Below, piece after piece: positions 1-8,436 of a stretch of DNA of 44,577 bases. The stretch comes from a virus. Lineage: Duplodnaviria > Caudoviricetes. The notes below the pieces were generated by a model. The model was not told where the DNA came from. It did no database searches and worked only from the letters and a program-made list of their open reading frames with translations. Where the stretch lies: IMG/VR virus record IMGVR_UViG_3300036803_000043, positions 1-44,577 of that record. One strand, given 5' to 3'. Numbering within the stretch: the stretch's first letter is position 1; each line of letters begins with the position of its first letter. The translations under genes and the position numbers were made by a program.

Positions 1-57
1 CTCTGACCCCCTGTGGCAAGGGGTCACCCCCCACCACGAACGGCACGTCAGGGCAGC

Positions 58-426
58 TTAGGAATAACCTCTATCATTCCATCCGCCTGGTTGGTCTATG
101 GCAGTGCGCCGTGCGTGATGTGCATGTGTCATAGCTTGCAGGTTCCACCACTCATGACCATGTGGACCGCTAGGCCCTAAGCCATCTCTATGGTGCACCT
201 CAGTAGCCCATGGCTGCAGCACAGTGGGTAATAGCACACATGCATCACACTCACACAGTGGGTGTGCACGTAGGTATGCCCTACTGGTGCGCTGCCACCG
301 GGCATCGTATACAGCTGCCCCTGTGGTGCGCTTGGAGCGAGCTCGCCTAGTGCAGGGGGCACACCTGCCTGAGGGTGTCAAGGTGGGGCATCCAGGGGTT
401 GTACAAACACGCATTCCACCAGGCAC
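58..426 (-). CDS. HNH endonuclease (terminase-associated)
   Basis: CxxPGC/CxxC N-terminal Zn motif, YDARW, HPLCEC, ATEVHH...NLQAMTHAHH; located at the genome end. Confidence 0.9.
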   Translation of the reverse strand: MPGGMRVCTTPGCPTLTPSGRCAPCTRRARSKRTTGAAVYDARWQRTSRAYLRAHPLCECDACVLLPTVLQPWATEVHHRDGLGPSGPHGHEWWNLQAMTHAHHARRTAIDQPGGWNDRGYS

Positions 427-550
427 TAAATAACCTTAGACGTAGTGCAGCGCACCGGAAGACCGATCGGGGGATGGGATCACCGGTGCGCTGCTGGTGC
501 GCGGTGGCGGTTGTCCTGACGAGGGCAGACCGGTACTGCGCCAGACCAGA

Positions 551-1144
551 CTACACAGTTTCAAGCATCCTGCGCAGCAACCCCCATCGGGTTTGATCCC
601 AGACCAAACCGCAGCACCGGCAGACCACGGTCAGCGAGGCTGTGTCGAGGTACAACGATGGCCGCTGCACTTCCTCGGCTAGATCATCGTGCCAGACCAT
701 CGCGACACGTTTCCCGCAGCTAGGGCATGGTTGCGCCCGGGTCTCGATGACCTGCTTATCCGGGGTCAGAATCGCGTCTGCCCGCTCGGTCCAACGCACC
801 GCGTGCCGGCGAGCTCCGTCGAGGTACTGCGGTCCCATATGGCGCCATCGGCCTTGAGCTCCACTAGACCAGAGCGTGATCCTGACGGATCGACTCGAGT
901 CGATCCGGGCGATGTACCCACAAGCCCGCAGCCCGGTCACAGTGGTGCCGTCGATATCGGCCAGCAGCGTGACCACATCCAGTGCGGCAGGAGCTCGGTG
1001 AGCAGTGCGCGCGGCACCACCAGATCCTCCCGAGGGCTCTACGGCGTCTTCCAGCCAGTGCACTCTATCGAGCAGTGTGCGCACCAGCGTGTGCAGTGGT
1101 GCTGGCGGTTGTTTCGGTGGCCAGACACTCGCAGTAGTCATCAC
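551..1144 (-). CDS. Zn-ribbon hypothetical protein (possible late regulator)
   Basis: 197 aa, CPSC...CRCC near the C-terminus; sits upstream of HNH. Confidence 0.6.
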   Translation of the reverse strand: MMTTASVWPPKQPPAPLHTLVRTLLDRVHWLEDAVEPSGGSGGAARTAHRAPAALDVVTLLADIDGTTVTGLRACGYIARIDSSRSVRITLWSSGAQGRWRHMGPQYLDGARRHAVRWTERADAILTPDKQVIETRAQPCPSCGKRVAMVWHDDLAEEVQRPSLYLDTASLTVVCRCCGLVWDQTRWGLLRRMLETV

Positions 1145-1201
1145 ACGTCAGGACGCCCTAGCAGCCTTTCGGTTGCTAGGGCGCCTAGTTAACCAGGGAC
1201 G

Positions 1202-1555
1202 TTACTTGCGAGACCCGAGGAGGAAGCCACACGCGATAGATGTTAGAAGCAGACCGTTGCTCACCATGGCGATTACCATGGCGGTCAAGAACCCATCCCC
1301 GATAAACGACGTAGCGATGGATACCGGCAACAGTGCCGTGCCGAGGATAAACATCACGAGCACTACGTACTCTATCGGCTTAGGCTCAGCATCCAAAGTC
1401 TTGGAGAAGTAGTCATAGGCATCGGCGTACTCAGTGCCAACCCGAACCGCATCACGTTGCGCTGCCAACAGCTCCTCCATTTCATTTTCCGCTGCGCCAC
1501 CCTCGGCTAGCCGCTGGATGACTGCTGCATCAGAACCCACTGTGTTTTCGTTCAT
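1202..1555 (-). CDS. Membrane protein, two TM segments
   Basis: Acidic N-terminus and two hydrophobic C-terminal stretches. Confidence 0.7.
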   Translation of the reverse strand: MNENTVGSDAAVIQRLAEGGAAENEMEELLAAQRDAVRVGTEYADAYDYFSKTLDAEPKPIEYVVLVMFILGTALLPVSIATSFIGDGFLTAMVIAMVSNGLLLTSIACGFLLGSRK

Positions 1556-1568
1556 ATCTACATATCGT

Positions 1569-1775
1569 TTAGCTAGGGTCAGGTGTTACAGCACGTACGG
1601 TCCACCAACCAGAACCACTGAGCACCAGCTCACCATCGTTATCTAGCACCGATGACGCCATGAGACAGTAGACCTCGATCGGAATACCCGGAATTTGGGT
1701 CCACGTCTTAGCTGGTACTTTATAGACACCCTCACCGATCGCTCGTGTTCGCGAGTTAGGCACTTTTACGACCAT
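1569..1775 (-). CDS. Hypothetical protein
   Basis: 68 aa ORF packed in the operon. Confidence 0.55.
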   Translation of the reverse strand: MVVKVPNSRTRAIGEGVYKVPAKTWTQIPGIPIEVYCLMASSVLDNDGELVLSGSGWWTVRAVTPDPS

Positions 1776-1962
1776 CCGCGCGGTATGTCTCTCGCTTAGC
1801 TTTCAGCGCCAGCACTTCGGATTCACGATAGCGAACCCGTCCGAGCTCGTTGCGCAGCCGGTGCAGGGGCACCCGGGGGTCGTTGGCCAGCTGCCGGATG
1901 CGGTGCACTGAGACATTCAGCAGCTCACCAGCACGGTATCTGTCCACCAACACGTCATCCAT
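1756..1962 (-). CDS. MerR/excisionase-like HTH DNA-binding protein
   Basis: RAGELLNVSVHRIRQLA...GRVRYRESEVLAL; ATG at 1962 preceded by TGCTAATCT (-10-like). Confidence 0.75.
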   Translation of the reverse strand: MDDVLVDRYRAGELLNVSVHRIRQLANDPRVPLHRLRNELGRVRYRESEVLALKAKRETYRADGRKSA

Positions 1963-2000
1963 GTGCGCCAGATTAGCACTCGCTAGCACTGGTGCCCAGT

Positions 2001-2084
2001 TCAGTCAGCTGGCGCGTCAAGGCATCCATGCGCGTCGGTGAGCTCGATGTCCAGCAGTGCGGTGATCTCAGCATCAGTGATCAT
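2001..2084 (-). CDS. 27-aa acidic micro-ORF (MITDAEITALLDIELTDAHGCLDAPAD)
   Basis: Read manually; ATGA overlap with the upstream ORF, AAGGGGG RBS. Confidence 0.4.
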   Translation of the reverse strand: MITDAEITALLDIELTDAHGCLDAPAD

Positions 2085-2260
2085 TCGTACATCCCCCTTG
2101 TCACGTCCTGGTCTCGGTCAGCCTTGGTAGTGCCGGGCTGGTCCCAGGAGAACAGCAGCACGTTCCATAGCACGGCGCCTAAGCACGACGCTACGGCCAC
2201 GACGGCACCCATCACGTTGTTAGGCTCAACGACCGCCAGGAGCTCCACCACGGCGCTCAA
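2081..2260 (-). CDS. 59-aa single-TM membrane protein
   Basis: Read manually; TTGA overlap with the upstream gene; hydrophobic VMGAVVAVASCLGAVLWNVLLF. Confidence 0.5.
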   Translation of the reverse strand: MSAVVELLAVVEPNNVMGAVVAVASCLGAVLWNVLLFSWDQPGTTKADRDQDVTRGMYE

Positions 2261-2457
2261 ACCTGAATGCCGGGGGTCTGGTAACCCTCACGCCGGATGT
2301 CGCCCGTATCAGGGCTCTGGGGGTTTGGCGGGTTAGGGCAGAAGCCCGGCGACGAACCACAAGCAAGGGCGGTCCCCGAGGCGCCTGGCATCTGGCCGCT
2401 GATCATCAGGATGGCGGCCAGCGCCACCACCCATACCGCGATCTTGAGAATCCTCAT
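2257..2457 (-). CDS. Small secreted/membrane-anchored protein
   Basis: MRILKIAVWVVALAAILMIS signal-like N-terminus, Cys pair, Pro-rich tail; start chosen at ATG 2457. Confidence 0.55.
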   Translation of the reverse strand: MRILKIAVWVVALAAILMISGQMPGASGTALACGSSPGFCPNPPNPQSPDTGDIRREGYQTPGIQV

Positions 2458-2599
2458 CGTGTCCTGCTTCCGTAGTAAGCGAGCACTAGCACACAAGCTA
2501 GCGCGATGGCAAGTTCAGCGATCTTGTGTCCGAGCGTCCAAGGGGGCATGTCTCCTAGGACGCATGATCATTACCTAATTGAGGTAACTGGCAAAGATT

Positions 2600-2855
2600 A
2601 CTCTCTGTACCTGTGGTGGCGAACCTGTGGTGGCGAACCTGTGGTGGACCCCTTTCTGTCAAAACCCGGTTTCGTTCACCCGTTCGTGAAATATATATTA
2701 TTATCCCGAGGGTGCCTCAAATATATTATTTACAGCCTCTGACCTGGCCTTATATATATATACAAGATCATCTCTCTCGATGTGCACGCTCGGGAGGCTG
2801 ATCACCCCAGACACCCAACAAACCTGTGGTACCCCGGGTAACCCAGGTTTGCCCC
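2600..2855. other. Putative replication origin
   Basis: Non-coding; iteron-like repeats and AT-rich tracts (AAATATATATTATT, AAATATATTATTT, TATATATATATA) directly downstream of the primase/helicase gene. Confidence 0.6.
2609..2647 (+). repeat. Tandem 14-bp repeat ACCTGTGGTGGCGA (about 2.8 copies), iteron-like
   Basis: Copies at 2609, 2623 and 2637 (partial); a further ACCTGTGGT at 2822. Confidence 0.9.
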
Positions 2856-2858
2856 AGA

Positions 2859-5123
2859 TTACGTAGCGTTTGGTAACCACAACGTGTGCCCATGCTTGAC
2901 TCCTGGTCTGGATTCGATCAACCCTCGGGACTCCGCTTGCGCGATAGCGGCATCAGCGAGCACCCGGTCTGAGTAGTTGCGGACCAGCGTGGCGCGTGCC
3001 GTCCCGGGCTTCTCAGCCACTCGGGCCACAACCGCTTCGACCATCTTATTGATCTTGTCTTGCGTCTTGCGTTCTGCATGGTGCTCATCGGCATCAGCAG
3101 CACGGTGCCGTTTGGCCGCTGCAGCCTCCTCAGCCCGCGCCGCTCGCTCCACACTCGCCAGCCGCACCGAGCCCGCTACAGCCTCACTGGTGGCCACTAC
3201 GACCCCTGCTAGATCCCAGTCCTCGAAGTCGACATCACGCCGGCCGTCGAGGATGGCGAGCAGGCAGGCCACCCGTATCCGCTTGAGCTGGCCATGCCGC
3301 TGCCCGGGGTCCGGTACGACCTTGCCGCGCGCCACCGCCACCTCGTTGGCCCAGATCTGATCTTTGATCTGCTCAGGCAGTCGCACCGGCTGCTGCGACC
3401 ACACGTTGCCCAGATCCAGTGGTAGCGGCGTCACCGAGCTGTCGACGGGCCTCCCCTCGGGGATCTGCTCATCAGCTGTGGCAAACCACAGGAACCGCTG
3501 CAACGTGCCGTCATCGACGTTGGTATCGCTGAACAGCTCGGCCGCGTGAGTGGGCTGCAGGCCAACCCACATGCCCATTGAGTAGTTCACGACCCGGCGA
3601 TTGCGCTCGGCCGTGGCATTCTTCATCCCGAACATGCCGCCCGTCCACGCCTGACGAATGGTGGCCAGGGTGGTCGACTCGCGCTGTTTGGCGCTGGCGA
3701 GCAGCGACGCGCCCTCATCGGAGTAGAAGAACGCTTTGCCGGCGTTCTGCTGCCACACACCCTCGTGCACAGCGCCGAACGCATCGGCCACACCCTGCCC
3801 GCTGCCGAGGGGGTGCTCCATGGAGTCGTTGTCGAACAGCGGCGGGAACAACTCACGAGCCAGCGCCGCTGCAGTCGACTTCCCGGCCGCCGCGGTACCC
3901 AGCAGAATTGAGTAGGTGTTCAGCGCGGTAGGTGAGCCGATGCCGGTGTCTACCCGCACGCTGCCGTCGACCATCGAGCTCAGCCGCGCCAGCACCACGC
4001 CGAACACGGCATCGGCACTGCGGGCTCGGCAGTGCGCAGCATCCCTGATGTGCTTGTGTGCCGCTCTAGCAGCCCAGAAACCCTCAGGCAGGTTCTGGGA
4101 ACCACTGGCCTGACCCGTAGCGTCAAAAGGGCGCTGAGTTCGCTCCACCACGACTGCGATGGGGTGCTTGGCCCCATCAGAGATCCCGACCTCGATGGTC
4201 CGCAGATTTTCGTCGTAGATCGTAGGCACGCCGGCCGCCGTGATGGCGCCAGTGAGAACCCGCGTCGCTTGCTCCTCGGTCATGAATCCCGAACCGACGT
4301 AGGCACCAAGGGTGTAGGCAGCGCCGTTGAGCGTGTCGCGGAATCCGCCCCACCCTCGGGACGTGATGTGGCCCGTGACCTCTGCGGCCTTGGTGTTGAT
4401 AGTCCGGTAAGCCGACCCCACGGTGTGCTGCTCAACGCCGATACCGAGCAGCGCATCAGCCGACTCGAGTCGAGGTTTGACCTTGGTCAGCTTCTCGGGC
4501 ATCAGCTTGGCCAGCGCGGCGCCGGACTGCTCACCGCGGCACTGCGCCAGCAGCGCGAGATCCGGCTCAACACCCCACCGGTAAGGCCGGGCGACGCCGT
4601 CGACTTTCGAGCGGCGAACGGTGGGAGCGATGAACACGAACCCGCGGCCAGTGCCGTCCGGCCTGCCTCCCTGCAAGTCGACGCCGGCAACGAGCTCACC
4701 CTTGCCCCGGCCTAGCGGCTGAATGATGCTGTGCGTGCCCCCTGACGGCGTGTGTGCCGTGCTGTAGCAGGTTGGCCAGTGCCCGGCCTGCCACAGTTGT
4801 TCAGAGCTCGCTAGACCGCCGTTGCGCGGGTCGACGTCGAGGAAGTCACAGACGTGGCCACCCACGGCGCACAGGGCCATGCCTGGTGACCAGGTATTGA
4901 CGACTTCCGGAACGGCCACTGTGGACTCCCAGCGCGCCGGCAGGTGGTAGCCCGCCTTGACGCCGGCAGCGCCGTGGCGCCGATGGCACTCCGCAGTGCA
5001 GGCATCACCAGCGCACGGCGCAGCGACGAAAATCGGCACGCCGGCAGCGGCCATCGCCCGAGCAATCTCCAGAGCCCTGGTTACTTCTGGCTGGGTGAGC
5101 GGCATCGGGATCGCGGCGCTCAC
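2859..5123 (-). CDS. Bifunctional DNA primase/polymerase fused to a P-loop helicase-like domain
   Basis: FLDVDPRNGG, TPSGGTH, GVDLQ, FVFIAPT prim-pol motifs; Walker A GTAAAGKS; YSDE; GTLQRF. Confidence 0.88.
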   Translation of the reverse strand: MSAAIPMPLTQPEVTRALEIARAMAAAGVPIFVAAPCAGDACTAECHRRHGAAGVKAGYHLPARWESTVAVPEVVNTWSPGMALCAVGGHVCDFLDVDPRNGGLASSEQLWQAGHWPTCYSTAHTPSGGTHSIIQPLGRGKGELVAGVDLQGGRPDGTGRGFVFIAPTVRRSKVDGVARPYRWGVEPDLALLAQCRGEQSGAALAKLMPEKLTKVKPRLESADALLGIGVEQHTVGSAYRTINTKAAEVTGHITSRGWGGFRDTLNGAAYTLGAYVGSGFMTEEQATRVLTGAITAAGVPTIYDENLRTIEVGISDGAKHPIAVVVERTQRPFDATGQASGSQNLPEGFWAARAAHKHIRDAAHCRARSADAVFGVVLARLSSMVDGSVRVDTGIGSPTALNTYSILLGTAAAGKSTAAALARELFPPLFDNDSMEHPLGSGQGVADAFGAVHEGVWQQNAGKAFFYSDEGASLLASAKQRESTTLATIRQAWTGGMFGMKNATAERNRRVVNYSMGMWVGLQPTHAAELFSDTNVDDGTLQRFLWFATADEQIPEGRPVDSSVTPLPLDLGNVWSQQPVRLPEQIKDQIWANEVAVARGKVVPDPGQRHGQLKRIRVACLLAILDGRRDVDFEDWDLAGVVVATSEAVAGSVRLASVERAARAEEAAAAKRHRAADADEHHAERKTQDKINKMVEAVVARVAEKPGTARATLVRNYSDRVLADAAIAQAESRGLIESRPGVKHGHTLWLPNAT

Positions 5124-5473
5124 AGCAGACCCCGGCGAACCAGGTGCGGTATGCGACCAATGGACTCATCGGCCTCGGATTTGCGTATCTCAAAGAGACC
5201 ACGCAGATCAGTCTCCTGCACCATGATCAGCCGCGCGTAGTACGCACGATAGCTGTTGTTCAGCTTAAAGTCAGGGTCGCTGGTGGATATGGCGAGCTCC
5301 CACCTAGCACGCTCATAGAGCGTGGCAATGCCCAGCCGGCGCCGTCCGGTCACGGTTACCCACTGTCTAGCTAAAGTACAGAGCGTGTCGTACACCTGCG
5401 GGGAGTCCGCATGGAAGCGCGCAAATCGCTCGGCTAGAGTGGTTGGCAGTGTGTTAGCTTGGTGGTGAATCAT
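5120..5473 (-). CDS. Conserved-looking phage hypothetical protein
   Basis: FARFHADSPQVY...FKLNNSYRAYYARL...LFEIR; GTGA coupling to the primase gene. Confidence 0.7.
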   Translation of the reverse strand: MIHHQANTLPTTLAERFARFHADSPQVYDTLCTLARQWVTVTGRRRLGIATLYERARWELAISTSDPDFKLNNSYRAYYARLIMVQETDLRGLFEIRKSEADESIGRIPHLVRRGLL

Positions 5474-5498
5474 CGTGGATTCGCTCCTAGTGGTGGGT

Positions 5499-5529
5499 AC
5501 GGGGCACCGGTTGGCAGCTGGTGCCCCGT
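5499..5529. terminator. Intergenic stem-loop
   Basis: ACGGGGCACC (5499-5508) / GGTGCCCCGT (5520-5529). Confidence 0.6.
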
Positions 5530-5536
5530 TTGCTTG

Positions 5537-5863
5537 TCAAGTCCGTGTGGTGTGCTGACCCGTCACCGCGTACATAAACGCCGTGCGACCCTCGGCTAGC
5601 TCGATGGTCTGGGTGTCAGGAATCGCCGCACCGTTGGCCACCAGCTCGATCAACATCACATCCGGCAGCACCACCACCGACCCGGCATGATCGAATTGGC
5701 AGAGCTCCCGGCAGTAGTACACCCCTCGGGTGGTGGTACCACGGATGGTCACCGGCTCGCCGGTCATCACAGCGATGCCAGCCGAGTAGCGAGCTATCCG
5801 GTCCAGCATGGGGCCAGGCAGCTCGGTCGCCAGGCGCATGCCTATCGGTGTGTAGTGCTCCAT
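5537..5863 (-). CDS. Hypothetical protein
   Basis: 108 aa, AGGAGG RBS. Confidence 0.7.
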   Translation of the reverse strand: MEHYTPIGMRLATELPGPMLDRIARYSAGIAVMTGEPVTIRGTTTRGVYYCRELCQFDHAGSVVVLPDVMLIELVANGAAIPDTQTIELAEGRTAFMYAVTGQHTTRT

Positions 5864-6002
5864 ACGATCATGCCTCCTGGCACTAGTGTCTCAACTAGGC
5901 TAGCCCTCGTTACACCTCGTTGCACCTGGTTGCCGCTGCTGGTACCTTGGATCAAGTGCCGGCACCCGCTGGCATGACGGTAGTTCTGAACGCGACGACA
6001 CG

Positions 6003-6167
6003 TCAGTCCCCTGGTTCTGCCGGGGGACTTTCGTCATTCTTAGGTTGCCAAGGCTTAGCCGGTTTGAGTCCCCGTAACGGGTCGCCACGTCGCCAGTTAA
6101 ACTCTGTAGTGTTGCAAAGACAGATAAACGTGTGTCCTGCCTCGCAATGTTCTAGTGGCTCAGGCAT
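6003..6167 (-). CDS. Small Cys/His protein
   Basis: MPEPLEHCEAGHTFICLC...; starts just after the polymerase stop. Confidence 0.45.
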   Translation of the reverse strand: MPEPLEHCEAGHTFICLCNTTEFNWRRGDPLRGLKPAKPWQPKNDESPPAEPGD

Positions 6168-6168
6168 G

Positions 6169-8181
6169 TCACGCTCCTGTCGTGTTGATAAGTTCGACTG
6201 CCTCATTGCGATCAAATCCCTCTTGTGGCATCCATGACCGACCCTCAATACCAGCCTTGCACCGGATCGGGAATCCGTGAAAATCCATTGTCATCGCAGC
6301 GTTGCATGCGGCCTTAAACTGCTCCGCTAGACCCTCGGGCACCAACCCCACCACCTCATCGTGGACAAAGAGCACCAGAGCCCATGACCAACCCCAGTCG
6401 ATGAGCCGGTCTATCGCGATGTTCAGCAGTACAGCCTGGTTGCCTTGTGTGTAGACGTTGAGCCCGAGGCGCGAGGGCTTGTGTCCGCAACGCAGACCGT
6501 CTTTGGTGAGCAGGTACCGATCCCACAGCGGGGCAACCCAGCCGGATTCCAGCACTATCGCTTGCTGCTGATTAAGCTTCTTCTCAAACGCTGTGAGCAC
6601 GCTGTAATCAGACCGCCACTTATCGCGGATGCGCTTAGACTCTGCGTTGTCGACCTTGAGCAGCCCGGCCAGCTTCTCGATGCCACAGGTGTAGCAGTGT
6701 GCCAGGAACCCAAATTTTGCTTGCTGCCGGTAGTGGTATCCGGGTTTGCCGGGGTCTTCGATCTCCTCGGGATTGAACTTCGCACCGTAGGTCCGAGCGG
6801 CAATAGCATTGTTGAAGTCGCCGGCCTCGATGTCGCGCTGCAGCACGGGATCACCCGAGCCGCCGGCCATGGTTCTGGGCTCGCCTTGGCGCATGTCGCA
6901 GGTCACGATTACCCAGCCGTCCGGCGCCACGTAGCCGGCACGCACTCGCTTGTCTGTGCGTTTGGGGAGCTGCAGCAGAGCCGGCCGTGCGGCACTCTTG
7001 CGGGAAGTGACCGAGCCGATCTCGCGCATCGAGCAGTGCACCCGGCCGTCGCCGTGGTGTGCCAAGATCATCGGCTTGACGTAGGCGCTGAGGAATTTGG
7101 TGGACTTGCGCACGAGGTTCAGCGCGCGAGCCAGCTCGGCCGCTCGGTGATGGTCCGGCGTGGTGGCCAGGTGCTCGTTCTCAATGATCAGGTTCAGCAT
7201 CTGGCCATCCCACGAGTCCGCGCCACTACTAGTCTTGCGGGTGGACCGCACACCTAAACGATTAAAAGCCTCTCCGACGCTGTCACCCATGCCACTGATG
7301 TTGACTCGGTGCTCGGCCAGCAACACGATGTGGTCTAGCACCACTTGCCTCAGCTGAGCGTCGAGCCACTTGGCGTACTCCAGATCAGTAGGGAATCCGC
7401 GCAATGTCATGAGGTCGATGTGCCACTGCCGACGCAAGTAAGGAATAACCTGCGGCCACTGACCACGAGACTGCAGCTCGGCCATCATTTTATACCACAT
7501 ACGGCATTCAATGACCGCGTCTAATCCGCCGTAGCGCAGGTAGTCAGGGTCATCGACACTGATGTTAGTAAACCCCCAAGTCTTGGCTGCTTTAATGTTC
7601 TTGTGGTCTTTCGGTGCCAAGTCCTTAAACTTGTCATACATCGTGCTAGCGGCCTTGGATAGCACTGACCCGACTTCCGTACCGAGTACCCGGCTGGCCG
7701 AGGGCTTGAGACCATTAGGCAACCAGACAAGCCGCTCGTTGGCCGAGTAGATATCCGTGCCGGTTACCGTCCTCGGGTCGTACCAGGCCAGCGCGACCTG
7801 GCTGCAGGCGAAGTGCGGGTCTACCCAGTCGGTGTGCACGCTGCCCGGTGCGCCGCGGTCAGCAAATCTGATGTCGTTCTCGGCAAAGTGCGCCACCCAT
7901 CGGGGGTGCGCAGCCGTGATGGTCCGAGTGACGTCGAGCATGCCGGGCTTCTCGCTCTGGATCACCCAGCCGGTACGGCCGTCCGACATCTGAGCGGTGC
8001 GCAGCCAGAACGCTGGGTGCCACGGCGTGATCTCATCGGTCAGCCCGCACGTCTCGCCGTCCCAGGCCAGCCAGTCACCGCGCTGGCGGTACGGCGTCAA
8101 CCAGTCCCACAGCGCGGCCGCGTCGCTGGGCGTCGACACGATATTCAGCGGCACTCCGAGCTCGGTATCTATGACTCGCAT
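6169..8181 (-). CDS. polA: DNA polymerase family A (3'-5' exonuclease + polymerase, no 5' exonuclease)
   Basis: Exo I DGET, Exo III YGGLDA, motif A DMRQGEPR, motif B RQQAKFGFLAHCY, motif C VHDEV. Confidence 0.92.
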   Translation of the reverse strand: MRVIDTELGVPLNIVSTPSDAAALWDWLTPYRQRGDWLAWDGETCGLTDEITPWHPAFWLRTAQMSDGRTGWVIQSEKPGMLDVTRTITAAHPRWVAHFAENDIRFADRGAPGSVHTDWVDPHFACSQVALAWYDPRTVTGTDIYSANERLVWLPNGLKPSASRVLGTEVGSVLSKAASTMYDKFKDLAPKDHKNIKAAKTWGFTNISVDDPDYLRYGGLDAVIECRMWYKMMAELQSRGQWPQVIPYLRRQWHIDLMTLRGFPTDLEYAKWLDAQLRQVVLDHIVLLAEHRVNISGMGDSVGEAFNRLGVRSTRKTSSGADSWDGQMLNLIIENEHLATTPDHHRAAELARALNLVRKSTKFLSAYVKPMILAHHGDGRVHCSMREIGSVTSRKSAARPALLQLPKRTDKRVRAGYVAPDGWVIVTCDMRQGEPRTMAGGSGDPVLQRDIEAGDFNNAIAARTYGAKFNPEEIEDPGKPGYHYRQQAKFGFLAHCYTCGIEKLAGLLKVDNAESKRIRDKWRSDYSVLTAFEKKLNQQQAIVLESGWVAPLWDRYLLTKDGLRCGHKPSRLGLNVYTQGNQAVLLNIAIDRLIDWGWSWALVLFVHDEVVGLVPEGLAEQFKAACNAAMTMDFHGFPIRCKAGIEGRSWMPQEGFDRNEAVELINTTGA

Positions 8182-8228
8182 GGGGTCACACTAGCACCCG
8201 CTACGCCTGACTATGCTAGGCTGTGCCT
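8182..8228. promoter_or_regulatory. Back-to-back divergent promoters with extended -10 elements
   Basis: Minus strand TGCTAGTGT-6 nt-ATG of polA; plus strand TGCTAGGCT at 8214-8222. Confidence 0.55.
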
Positions 8229-8259
8229 GTCGCCCACCAGCTACCGAGGAGCTGCCAAC

Positions 8260-8436
8260 ATGCCTATTGGTGATCTGTGCTCAAAGATTTTTACTGACGG
8301 CCGCTGCGGTCAAATCGCCACTGTGGAGCTCCGGGGCAAGTTCTACTGCCGGGACTGCGGCCGGATCGAGGCAGCAGTGGTCATGTTCGGCAACGTCGCT
8401 AACCACGCCACCCGGCCGCGCCGGATCGAGTCATGA
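8260..8436 (+). CDS. Small Zn-finger protein
   Basis: GAGGAG RBS; C...C...YCRDC; ATGA coupling to the helicase. Confidence 0.65.
   Translation: MPIGDLCSKIFTDGRCGQIATVELRGKFYCRDCGRIEAAVVMFGNVANHATRPRRIES

Noticed and set aside
1756-1962. Excisionase implying an integration system
   Set aside because: No tyrosine or serine recombinase is visible; better called a generic HTH protein
2609-2647. Possible CRISPR array
   Set aside because: Repeats are 14 bp, contiguous, with no spacers and no cas operon; the Cas4-like nuclease sits in a recombination context
6445-7257. Long antisense or alternate-frame ORFs (also 4032-4715, 11531-12178, 12262-12903, 33280-33912)
   Set aside because: Shadows of well-supported genes, expected in GC-rich DNA, with no recognisable motifs
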